A DNA stretch of 64,000 bases from Candidatus Bathyarchaeota archaeon (lineage in GTDB: Archaea; Thermoproteota; Bathyarchaeia; Bathyarchaeales; Bathycorpusculaceae): assembly GCA_963806535.1 (NCBI GenBank), contig CAWDYC010000008.1, positions 128,001 through 192,000 on the forward strand, written 5' to 3'. The translations under genes were made by a program, and so were the position numbers. Shown here piece after piece: positions 9,319 to 19,497 of the stretch (the stretch's first letter is position 1; every line of letters starts with the position of its first letter). The notes beneath the pieces are model-generated. The model had not been told where the DNA came from. It saw only the letters and a list, made by a program, of their open reading frames with translations, and made no database searches.

Positions 9319-10926
9319 TTATCCCGTAAAGTCAAAGACGAATATTCTTCTTGGGTCTGCACCAAAAGTGGCTTGATCTGATATTCCAGAAAAGTTGCCT
9401 GAATAATATATTTGCTCGTAGACTTGATGCAAGTCAAGTGTAGTGTTGAAATACGGCACGGTACTGCCGAACTCGTACATGAAAACGAATTTTACATTAT
9501 TCTGTTTGCATAAGCCAATAAACTCAGTTATATTGAAGTTTGGAGTATAGGTGTCAACTGGCAACGCTGGGTACTGATAGGTTTTGATTTGGGGTGCACC
9601 ATCTGCCCAGAGGTAGAAGCTTACCATATCTTGGCTAAAGTAATTGTAGGGGCATAGAAGGATGATGGACTGGTTTGTGGGATCATGGGCTACTACATAG
9701 TTTGTTGCTTGGCTAATTTCAATGTTAATGTCATTTTGTTTGACATTGTAGTAAATATCATTAATACTGTAAGCAATCGAAACAGACACTAAGACTATCA
9801 ATAAGGCAGCTGCCACTTTAGCGGCTTTTTTCCTGTTTATGCTTACACTTTGTATCCAAGTGTGGCGAAGTTTATCGTAAACAAACAACACAAGAACTGA
9901 AGCCGAGATTGCCAAAGCCGGAAACAATGTCAAAACGTAGCGCCATTCACGATTGGAAATCACAGTGAAAAACACGAAAACGCTGATGAACCAAACGAAA
10001 ACAAACTTGTCTTCCCTTTTCCTCCGCCAAACAAACAAGCCTAAACCAGTTAAACCTACAATATAGAGAAGCAGGGAAATCGGGTGTACATCACTGTAGG
10101 GCCAAACCATTTCTATCAGGTAAAATATTGGAATAGGAAAGCGAACGCTGTACAATGATCTTCCAGGATTTCCCATCTGCAAAGCGTACATCCATTGACT
10201 AAAAACGTATGATGCCATAACATGATAGACAATTATAAGCCAGGGAATAATCACAGCAAGCGCGGCGACGATAAGCAGCACAAATCTTGAAAACAACCGT
10301 TTAAGTTGGCCCCACCCCAATATCAGCATGCTAACAACCATTACCGCCAAAGCTGCAATGACCTGATACTTCGTTAAGAATCCAAAACCTAAAGCTAAAC
10401 CGCTCAAAACTAGCATCCAATTCTTTCTACTGGTTAACCAACGGAAAAAGAAAAACAAGGACAGCGTAAAAAAGAAGACAAGCATTATTTCCAGCAAAGC
10501 CAAACGTGAGAGCCAAAAGTAACCTGGCATGACGGCCAGGAGAATAGCTGAAATTAAGGCAGCTTTTCCGCCATACATGTTGTAGGCTAATTCAAAGACT
10601 ACCCAAAGTGAAAGAATACTGAAAACTGCAGATACAAGTCTGGCCGAGAAAAGGCTTGCTCCAAATAGGTAGAAGGATCCCGTAGTGAAAACTGAATAGA
10701 GCGGTGGGTAGAAAGAGTCGCGTACGAAATTGTTGTATAACCCATTTTTTAGTTCCATTGCGCCAGTTAATCGGGTGACTTCATCCCAATTCATAGGTTG
10801 GTTGGAGAGGATAAGTAGGAGCAGAATAAAGTATGCGAGTGCGAGAATTAGAAAGGCAATTCGCCACTTGTTTAAGGCTGCTTTCAGCTGAGTTAAGCGG
10901 GATCTTGAATTTGGTTTGTCAATCAT
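9319..10926 (-). CDS. ArnT/PMT-like (GT-C) membrane glycosyltransferase
   Basis: WDE motif after TM1, YPPLY, ARLVSA, EWRY; many TM helices. Confidence 0.85.
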   Translation of the reverse strand: MIDKPNSRSRLTQLKAALNKWRIAFLILALAYFILLLLILSNQPMNWDEVTRLTGAMELKNGLYNNFVRDSFYPPLYSVFTTGSFYLFGASLFSARLVSAVFSILSLWVVFELAYNMYGGKAALISAILLAVMPGYFWLSRLALLEIMLVFFFTLSLFFFFRWLTSRKNWMLVLSGLALGFGFLTKYQVIAALAVMVVSMLILGWGQLKRLFSRFVLLIVAALAVIIPWLIIVYHVMASYVFSQWMYALQMGNPGRSLYSVRFPIPIFYLIEMVWPYSDVHPISLLLYIVGLTGLGLFVWRRKREDKFVFVWFISVFVFFTVISNREWRYVLTLFPALAISASVLVLFVYDKLRHTWIQSVSINRKKAAKVAAALLIVLVSVSIAYSINDIYYNVKQNDINIEISQATNYVVAHDPTNQSIILLCPYNYFSQDMVSFYLWADGAPQIKTYQYPALPVDTYTPNFNITEFIGLCKQNNVKFVFMYEFGSTVPYFNTTLDLHQVYEQIYYSGNFSGISDQATFGADPRRIFVFDFTG

Positions 10927-11069
10927 TTTTCTCAGCGCTGCAAAGCCTGTTTTCTCAAACTATGAAAGGCATTCGATATAAAATCTTCCTAATTGAAGCA
11001 TTTTGCAGCTTTATTTACAAGTGAGAAAGGCTAAAATGTTTCAATGCAACAATTTGTCTGGGTTTAACT

Positions 11070-12110
11070 GTGCCTTATAATGAACTTAGAAAAGATTATT
11101 TGCTGAACCGTTGGGTTGTAATCGCGACAGAGCGAAGTCGAAGACCCACAGATTTTGTGAAGCAAAAGACTGAAAGTGTGCAAACGACGGTTTGTCCGAT
11201 GTGTGTAGGCAACGAGCACTTGACGCCTCCAGCCAGGATGCTTTATCTTAAAGAGAACGATGGAATAAATGTTGCTCAAGACCCGATGGTTGGCGAGCGC
11301 CCGAAAAACTGGCTTGTCCGCGTTATCCCAAACCTTTACCCAGCCTTCAGCCCACCCAAACAGCCTGAAGATACGGCACAAATTTTCAAGAATGAATGTT
11401 TGGGTGATGCAATTGGTGGTCATGAGGTTATTGTTGAATCGCCTAATCATGATGAGGATCCAGCTGACGCTGAATTGCCACAGCTTGAACTGGTCATACA
11501 CGCCTACATCGATAGGATCAGAGAGTTAAGCTCAAAGCCGTATGTAAAGTATGTCTCGATTTTTAGGAATTTTGGCAAAGAAGCAGGTGCCTCAATGTCT
11601 CATGCGCACAGCCAAGTAATTGCAACACCTATGGTTCCCCCGCTTATCCAAGAGGAAATGGGTGCAAGCAAAACATACTACAGAAAGTACAGGAAATGTG
11701 TTTTCTGCGAAATAATTGAGCGGGAAGCAAAGGGTCCAAGGCTTGTTTATGACAGCACTGACTTCTTGGTTTTTGCTCCTTACGCAAGCATTAATCCGAT
11801 GGAGTTTTGGATTGTTCCTAAAAAACACGCCGCCAACATCCTTGATATGACTGGTGCTGAAGTGGAGGGTCTGGCTAAAACACTCAAATTAAGCCTCAAA
11901 GCCCTAAAAGACCTGGTCAACGACCCGCCGTACAATTACGGTATACACTTAGCCATAAATGAAGAAGCAAAAGACTCCTATCACTGGCACTTGGAAGTTT
12001 ATCCTAAACTGTCAATTTGGGCAGGCTTCGAACTAAACACGGGAACATACATCAACACGGTTACGCCTGAAACAGCCGCTGAAAGCCTACGAAAAGCAAT
12101 AGCAACCTAA
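11070..12110 (+). CDS. galT: galactose-1-phosphate uridylyltransferase family
   Basis: ELRKD...WVVIATERSRRP, CPMC, AGASMSHAHSQ, HWHLE. Confidence 0.93.
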   Translation: MPYNELRKDYLLNRWVVIATERSRRPTDFVKQKTESVQTTVCPMCVGNEHLTPPARMLYLKENDGINVAQDPMVGERPKNWLVRVIPNLYPAFSPPKQPEDTAQIFKNECLGDAIGGHEVIVESPNHDEDPADAELPQLELVIHAYIDRIRELSSKPYVKYVSIFRNFGKEAGASMSHAHSQVIATPMVPPLIQEEMGASKTYYRKYRKCVFCEIIEREAKGPRLVYDSTDFLVFAPYASINPMEFWIVPKKHAANILDMTGAEVEGLAKTLKLSLKALKDLVNDPPYNYGIHLAINEEAKDSYHWHLEVYPKLSIWAGFELNTGTYINTVTPETAAESLRKAIAT

Positions 12111-12431
12111 TTTTCTGTTTTGTCAAGGTTTCTGGACATCTAAATTAGCCTATCACAGTACCCGATTTACGCCTTTACTCAAAGCAGAAGAAGTGTGTTT
12201 TTTCTTGTTTCTTCTTCTTTTAAATCTGGAAGAAGGAGACGCGGACTCTTAAAGGAACTTAACAAAGAGGTAGAAGTAGGATGCGGTGTTTTTTCTTCCG
12301 TTCCTACTTCTTCTACCAGAAAAACAACAACACAGTACCACCACCAACTGTTGTTACTCTACATGCTGTTGTTCTTCTTTGAATAATATTTCTCAAAAAG
12401 ATTATGGAGCGGAGGTGCATGGGAAGTTTGC

Positions 12432-14492
12432 CTAAGTAGCCACAAATTGAGGTTTTATCATCAGAACGTCTTCAATATAGGCTCTTAGGGGCTCGGCTAC
12501 GCTCCATGCTTGTGAGATACATCCTCTTGGAGCGTTTGGCGAGTCACAGTCGTAAATTTCATTTATGGTTCCTAACCCTCCTTGATGAATTCCGAGGGTA
12601 AACAGGGGCAAAATAAGATTGTTCAAAGCATAGTCACGCGATTTAGCAGAGTAACCATTAACTCTCAAGTATGCTGTGACATATGGTCCTAGTAACCAAG
12701 GCCAAATTGTGCCGTTGTGGTAAGCTGTATCTCGGCTTCGTCGGTTACCGAAGCATTTGCCTGCAAATTTGGGGTCATCTAATGAGAGAGTTCTTAAGCC
12801 GTATGGTGTCACAAGTTCACGGTTTACTACTTCAACAACTTTTGAGCTTTTTTCTGAGTCAAGCATTGTGTAATCCAGTGAAACGGCAAATATCTGGTTC
12901 GGACGATCCGACGCATCTTTAGATTTGATATCAAGAACGTCAAACAGGCAGCCTTCTGCGGGATTCCAGAATTTTTCGTTAAAACTTTCGCGGGTTTTGT
13001 TTGCCATAGCTGCGTATTTTTCAGCGAATGAGATCTCACCGAACTTGTTTGCTAATAGCTCCATGATTCTAAGAGCATTATACCATAATGCTTGAATTTC
13101 CACTGCTTTTCCAGCTCGGGGAGTAAATTCGTCGCCGTCCACCGCAGCATCCATCCATGTAAGCTGTGGACCATGAACAATTAAGCCGTCATCACCCAAA
13201 CGAATACCAAAAAACGTGCCTTTCTGGTGGTAGTCTATTATTGATTGTAGGCTTTCCCAGAGCTCTTCTTTAACAAAGACAAAATCTCTAGTGTACTTCA
13301 GATATTGGAGAACTGCATTAATGTACCAGAATGTTCCATCAACCGTGTTGTAAGCTGGCTCAGCGGTCTTGTCCGTGACAAAATTGGGAATCAAGCCACC
13401 TCTGCAATACTGGATGAAGTTTTTTAGTATGTTTTTTGCTTCGTTGAATCTTCCAGTTACCAGCAACAGACCAGGAAAGGAAACAAAAGTATCTCTGCCC
13501 CATGATTCAAACCAGTGGTATCCTGCGATGATTGATTTTTGGCCGGCTGTGTTTTGTACAATAAAGGAGTCTGCGGCTAAAAGAATCCAGTTTAGCCAAT
13601 CACTCATGGGTACCTTGGTGTATTGGCGATAAAAGTCATTCAAGAGTTCGCTCTTTTGGTTCAACTCTTGTGTAAAAACATCAGTGCTAACAAATGTGTT
13701 TCCGAGCGAATCTAAGAATTCTCTCGCTTTCTGATACTTCTCATCAACGGAGGCAGTTATCGCAAATTGTTTCTCAGTTAGAGATGGAACTTGCAGTTCA
13801 AAATATCCCGGCTGGAAACAATCATCAGTGCTGCTTTCTTCCCGTTCCGCTTCATCACGGTAGAATAAACGGTCTACCCAGTTAAAATTCTCCTTAAATT
13901 CTCCGTCAGATGATTGGCAAACAAAAGTGGCTTGAGGACGCTCAAAGTTTACCTCAAAATCTTTTTTGCCGCTTTTTTGCGTAAAATCCAGTGGGTTTTT
14001 ACGTCGGTCAACCACAGTGTGGAAATATCTGCACGTTAAAAGGGGATAAATCCTTACTTTAACGTTAGAATTGTTCTGGTTATTAACATTATAAATTGAT
14101 GATACTGCGTTCTTGTTTTTAGGCATAAAAATTGTTTTATCAACTTTGATGTTGCCTAAATCGTACGAGTATTTTGGGTAAGGTACAATTGAAAATTGGC
14201 TTATTAGCTTGTGACCTTGCGGGTAGATTAAATTGTGAAAGTCGTTCGAGCCTAACCTGATAACATCGTTGTCAATAATCACGTCTTCATCGAGTTTTGA
14301 CAAACAAACAGTGCGATCGCCAGGTGGATGCAACGCAGCAACTAACAAACCATGATATTTCCTCGTGTTTATCCCGAAAACCGTTGATGATGCGTAACCG
14401 CCCAAACCGTTTGTAACCAGCCACTCCCGCTCTATAACCTCGTCGAAACGTGAAAGCGCTTCTTGAGTAAAGGTTATGGCGGGTAGCTTCAT
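12432..14492 (-). CDS. glycogen debranching enzyme (amylo-alpha-1,6-glucosidase), archaeal type
   Basis: EWLVTNGLGGYAS, AGYHWFESWGRDT, LTWMDA, YHNGTIWPW, QAWSVAE. Confidence 0.95.
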   Translation of the reverse strand: MKLPAITFTQEALSRFDEVIEREWLVTNGLGGYASSTVFGINTRKYHGLLVAALHPPGDRTVCLSKLDEDVIIDNDVIRLGSNDFHNLIYPQGHKLISQFSIVPYPKYSYDLGNIKVDKTIFMPKNKNAVSSIYNVNNQNNSNVKVRIYPLLTCRYFHTVVDRRKNPLDFTQKSGKKDFEVNFERPQATFVCQSSDGEFKENFNWVDRLFYRDEAEREESSTDDCFQPGYFELQVPSLTEKQFAITASVDEKYQKAREFLDSLGNTFVSTDVFTQELNQKSELLNDFYRQYTKVPMSDWLNWILLAADSFIVQNTAGQKSIIAGYHWFESWGRDTFVSFPGLLLVTGRFNEAKNILKNFIQYCRGGLIPNFVTDKTAEPAYNTVDGTFWYINAVLQYLKYTRDFVFVKEELWESLQSIIDYHQKGTFFGIRLGDDGLIVHGPQLTWMDAAVDGDEFTPRAGKAVEIQALWYNALRIMELLANKFGEISFAEKYAAMANKTRESFNEKFWNPAEGCLFDVLDIKSKDASDRPNQIFAVSLDYTMLDSEKSSKVVEVVNRELVTPYGLRTLSLDDPKFAGKCFGNRRSRDTAYHNGTIWPWLLGPYVTAYLRVNGYSAKSRDYALNNLILPLFTLGIHQGGLGTINEIYDCDSPNAPRGCISQAWSVAEPLRAYIEDVLMIKPQFVAT

Positions 14493-15382
14493 TAGGGCAT
14501 CAGCTTAGCTACGTTTTTGTCCCGTGGAACACAAAAATAATTGGCGACTGGAACACATTTTGTCCTGAACAATAGCAAATGTGGTTTTGTTAGTTTGTAT
14601 TCGGTGAGGGTTTCAGCGTAGCCCATGCCTTTAGCAAAAACCAGTTCAGCCGAATCATATACTTTCAGGAATTCAGGTGAAACTTCTTTTTTTTGCAAGC
14701 CAACTGCGTCGGTTCCTGTTGTTATTACATCATCAGCCAATTTGTCCATGTTTGATAGAGGGACATCCTCCATTGTGGCGTCGTTAATTACAGGTCCGCC
14801 TTTAACAACATAAATGACTTTTAAACCCATATTTTTTAATTGTTCAACTAGCAAAGTGTCAAAAACGATTTCGCCGGCATTATCCGCTAAATAAAGAACA
14901 GTGTTTGCTTTCTTTGCTAATTCGTAAGCTTTGTCAATATCATCAATGACTAAATCTTTTGACGCTGCTCTAAAACAAGCAGCTAAATCATTTAGTGTGA
15001 ATTTGTGCCCTGGAATATCAAATTCCATAATATTGCCTACGATTGCGCATAGACATGCTTTTTTGAATCGTTCTTGTTGATTGTTACTTGCTTCTACCAG
15101 TTTTTTTGCATGTGGCAGTATTTTGAGGGCTTTCTCGTTAGCTAACCGTTTGCTACGCAGGTAAGGGTCTTCGTTGCAGCTCAGCTGTTTTATTATGCGA
15201 TCCCTTTTTGTTCCTAATTCTGCGGCGACTGACGTGGATTTGAATTCCCGATTCAATAATTTAACAATTTCAGCCAGACATCTAAATCGAAGAGCAGGGT
15301 TTGTTGTGGCTTGATACGTTGCCACTTGCCCCCGAGAAAGCAAACACGACTCACATTCAGCTTCAACTTTCAAGACATTCAC
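14492..15382 (-). CDS. DUF89/ARMT1-like damage-control phosphatase
   Basis: N-terminal CxxC, GN, DNAGEIVFD, NDAT, KGMGYAE. Confidence 0.92.
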   Translation of the reverse strand: MNVLKVEAECESCLLSRGQVATYQATTNPALRFRCLAEIVKLLNREFKSTSVAAELGTKRDRIIKQLSCNEDPYLRSKRLANEKALKILPHAKKLVEASNNQQERFKKACLCAIVGNIMEFDIPGHKFTLNDLAACFRAASKDLVIDDIDKAYELAKKANTVLYLADNAGEIVFDTLLVEQLKNMGLKVIYVVKGGPVINDATMEDVPLSNMDKLADDVITTGTDAVGLQKKEVSPEFLKVYDSAELVFAKGMGYAETLTEYKLTKPHLLLFRTKCVPVANYFCVPRDKNVAKLMP

Positions 15383-15387
15383 ACAAT

Positions 15388-16101
<714 letters not shown>

Positions 16102-16174
16102 TTACTAATATGATTTGCCTTAGAAAATACTATGAAGATAGGTTCTAACAAAAAATTAAGAAAGTTTATTTTAG

Positions 16175-17848
16175 TTATGATTTAACTTGTAGAGCGGCCT
16201 TCTTGGCAATATCTTCCGTTAACATTCCGATGAGATGGCCGTTTTTAACTATGGCTGCGCGTTTCATACCTTTCTCGATCATCAGTTTCATGGCTGAAAT
16301 CATGGATTGGTCTCCTTGCAGGATTATGAGCGGTGTGTAAGTGAGGTCTTTGGCAAGAGTTTTTTTAGGGTCTTTGTGTTCTTCAACTATATCTCTTAAG
16401 ATGTCCTTTTCGTTTATTATTCCTAGTGGCCGGTGATTCTCAGTTATTAAGATTGAGACAACTCCGTTTTGCAGCATTTTATTGACCAGTTGGGTTGCTG
16501 TTTCGGATGTTGAAACTTCAATTGAGGGTAGTTTAGTGCCGGCTTGTTCGCTGATTTCTGAAATATCTATGCCTCTCTTCCAAATATCGTCCAGCATTTC
16601 GCTTACTCTTTCAATTTGACTAGGGTCAGTGGAGTACATTGTGTCAACCAAGGAAAGGGCGGATTCGGTTTCAAAATCACTCAGAGGAGGCATTTTGAAC
16701 ATGAAGAGGTACTTGTCATCAACAAGCATCATTGTTAAGTAGCTAATCGGTACATGTTTGATTTCGTAACTTTTTGAAAGCTTTTGTGCTGGCTCAAGAT
16801 TGTCAAGGTCAATTGACGCCATTATTCTGACATCTAAGTCCTTATTTAGATATTTTACTATGGGGTCATTTTCAGCGAGACGGTTGATGCTTTGGGATGT
16901 AGTAATTAGAACAACTTCTTTTTTTGCGGATTCCAGAATCTTTGTGACTTTGTTCCATGCTTCGTCTGCGTCTTTAATGACAAGCGTTTCGCCAATTGGT
17001 ATTCCGGTCTTTATCTCGTCAATTCGTCTTGATGCGTCAACTCCGCTTTGCCACATTTGGCCGAAGAAAGCTTTCAGAACTGAAATGAACATTTTATCGT
17101 TAATCCATAGGCCTTCATCTTCTAAATTCAAAACGGAAGCTTCATTGCCAAAAGGTGCGTACAGCATGGCTTCTTCTTCATCTTTTATTAAAAATCTTGG
17201 GAAAAATTTGGAGTTCATTCCGACATGTCGGACCTTCATATTTAGTTTTTCCGCAGCAATATTTTTGTCGAGTCTTTCAGCAACTTTGAGGTTTTCATGG
17301 GAAATGTCAGTTATAATTTGAAATTGAACTTTTCGTTCTTGGGCAGAAACTTCAGCTGTATCAAATATTCCGGCTATGTCTTCTTGAATTAAACCTAAAG
17401 CGGTTGTTAAGACTGTCACTTGAGTTTTTGACTCTTCAATCATGGATAGCATTTTGGAGTGAATTTTCTTTTTTCCTGTAATAATGGAGAATTTGGCTAC
17501 TGGATATTCAGATTCAGGAGCACTTATTGATTGCCAAGCTGTTAAAAGGCTTGACTTTTGATCGTTTAGATTGGTAACTTCAGTCTTTTTAGCGTTGATG
17601 AATTGATCAACCAGTGCTTCAAAAGGAACAATCGTAAACCGGGTAGGCCGCTCCAAAGTTGCTTCTATGAAGCCTTTTTCCTGCAGTTTTTTGAAGGTTC
17701 GGTAAGCTTGGACTCGTTCCATTTTAAGTCTTTTAGCCACAAAGCTTGTTGATTGTACACCACTTTTGGCAAGAAACATGTAAACTTGGATTTCTCGTTT
17801 TGATAACCCGAGAATCTGGAGGAATTTGGTTACATCCTTTTCACTCAA
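16175..17848 (-). CDS. TrmB-family regulator with duplicated effector domains and C-terminal CBS pair
   Basis: TrmB wHTH (LGLSKRE...YRTFKKLQEKG), two PLD-like effector repeats, CBS pair (GIINEKDI, GMLTEDI). Confidence 0.88.
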   Translation of the reverse strand: MSEKDVTKFLQILGLSKREIQVYMFLAKSGVQSTSFVAKRLKMERVQAYRTFKKLQEKGFIEATLERPTRFTIVPFEALVDQFINAKKTEVTNLNDQKSSLLTAWQSISAPESEYPVAKFSIITGKKKIHSKMLSMIEESKTQVTVLTTALGLIQEDIAGIFDTAEVSAQERKVQFQIITDISHENLKVAERLDKNIAAEKLNMKVRHVGMNSKFFPRFLIKDEEEAMLYAPFGNEASVLNLEDEGLWINDKMFISVLKAFFGQMWQSGVDASRRIDEIKTGIPIGETLVIKDADEAWNKVTKILESAKKEVVLITTSQSINRLAENDPIVKYLNKDLDVRIMASIDLDNLEPAQKLSKSYEIKHVPISYLTMMLVDDKYLFMFKMPPLSDFETESALSLVDTMYSTDPSQIERVSEMLDDIWKRGIDISEISEQAGTKLPSIEVSTSETATQLVNKMLQNGVVSILITENHRPLGIINEKDILRDIVEEHKDPKKTLAKDLTYTPLIILQGDQSMISAMKLMIEKGMKRAAIVKNGHLIGMLTEDIAKKAALQVKS

Positions 17849-17980
17849 TCGAGCAACCGCCGTTTAAAACTTAATTAGTATTACTCGATGTCGTTCGACA
17901 TTTATATAACTAATGTTTTTTTGTAGACGTTTTGTCAAACGATTTGACTACAACTAGACGTTTTTGCGCTAACAAGGTGG

Positions 17981-18643
17981 CTAAACAAGCTTCTGCTGCA
18001 AAAAGGCCTTTTCGCTCTTAGCCCTCTTCGCAGGCTTCCATGACTTCCTAACAAAATCAGGATAATCATCATTTTTATCCAGCAGACCCTTAAGAAAAAT
18101 CATTGTTTTTTCATCCGTTAAGTATCCGCTGCCAAAGTCACCGTGTTCAAGCCTCAAGCTTGCGACTTCTCTATCGCGCTCAACCTTAGCAATAATCGAG
18201 GCTGCTGAAACGATCGGATAAATCCTGTCAGCCTTATGTTTAGAAATGATTCGAGTCTTAATTTTTAAGCATTCTTTAACATGGTTTCCAAAGCGATGTT
18301 CAACAGTGTCTGCCGCATCAACGTATGCTTCATCAGGTTCTAAAACTTCAATAATTTGAGCCATCGTCTGTGCCTCAAGCCTGTTTAATTTATGCAGTTT
18401 TCTGAGGTTTTCAACTGCTTTATCAATTTGGAAAGGCATGACTTTTATTGTGTGATACTTTTCAACTAATTGCAATATTACTGGATACAAAAGACTCCGC
18501 TTTTCTGGTGTTAGAAGTTTTGAGTCTCTGACGCCTAGGTCGGTCAGGATTGAAAGGTTTTCAGTTTTCATCATAACACCAGCGACAACTAAAGGACCGA
18601 TAACACATCCCCGTCCAGCTTCGTCAACACCAGCAACCAACAT
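17981..18643 (-). CDS. rnhB: ribonuclease HII
   Basis: GVDEAGRG, DSKLL, AASIIAKVERD, GSGY; PIP-like C-terminus. Confidence 0.97.
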   Translation of the reverse strand: MLVAGVDEAGRGCVIGPLVVAGVMMKTENLSILTDLGVRDSKLLTPEKRSLLYPVILQLVEKYHTIKVMPFQIDKAVENLRKLHKLNRLEAQTMAQIIEVLEPDEAYVDAADTVEHRFGNHVKECLKIKTRIISKHKADRIYPIVSAASIIAKVERDREVASLRLEHGDFGSGYLTDEKTMIFLKGLLDKNDDYPDFVRKSWKPAKRAKSEKAFLQQKLV

Positions 18644-18798
18644 TACAGCTTTTCAACCTTAAACTATCAATGCCTTCTGATCTAAGCTATATTGCTTTTC
18701 CAAAAAATATTGTTAATTAGAAAAATCGTTGCAAAGCAGAACATATTGAAATTTTGGTTCGAGAGGGAAGGAGCAAGTTTTGTAGGCACTCTTGCGTC

Positions 18799-19497
18799 TT
18801 AACTACGTTGGGCGATTATCATGGCGTGTGCCTTGTCAAAAGGTTCCAGATTCACAACTTCTTTGACTTCAAAACCTCTTTTGCGCAAAACATTAGCTTC
18901 CTGGCGATAAACATCGTCTGGATTCATGGTTACATCGATACTTTGTGATTTAACAGCGAGCATAACCCAGCCGCCCGGCTTTAGGAAAACATCTGCGTTG
19001 TCAGCCAAAAGTCTTGCTTGTTCAGGCTGCGCCACATCGCAGTAAATTGTATCTACTTTGCCTGAGATGAACATCGCATATCTTTCGGGCATCCGAGCAT
19101 CTTCCAACAAAGGGGAAATGTTTGGTCTAAAGGTTGCAACATTATTAACTAAATCTCGAATCGATCGCTGGGCAAATTCGACGCAGTAAACATATCCGTT
19201 TTCGCCCACGATATCCGAAACGTGGCTGGGGGTTGTTCCTGAAGCAGCACCTAAATAAAGAACTTTAAAGCCAGGCTCTATAGGCACATTTTGTAAACCT
19301 TTAAGGATTGCAGCGGCTAATTTGCTTCTGAAAGCATCCCAAACACGGTACTCAACGCCTTTAAATCTAATCAGTCGTTCGCTATAAACAATTAAGCCGG
19401 GAGTTAAATTGCGTGTACCTAATCGTTGTGCGCCGTCTTCAAGGGTAACTTGGTATATTTCTTTGAATTTTGGGTGCGGTCTAACCTTGACGGTCAA
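18799..19497 (-). CDS. flpA: fibrillarin-like rRNA/tRNA 2'-O-methyltransferase
   Basis: RSKLAAAI, VLYLGAASGTT, DVAQP. Confidence 0.97.
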   Translation of the reverse strand: MTVKVRPHPKFKEIYQVTLEDGAQRLGTRNLTPGLIVYSERLIRFKGVEYRVWDAFRSKLAAAILKGLQNVPIEPGFKVLYLGAASGTTPSHVSDIVGENGYVYCVEFAQRSIRDLVNNVATFRPNISPLLEDARMPERYAMFISGKVDTIYCDVAQPEQARLLADNADVFLKPGGWVMLAVKSQSIDVTMNPDDVYRQEANVLRKRGFEVKEVVNLEPFDKAHAMIIAQRS

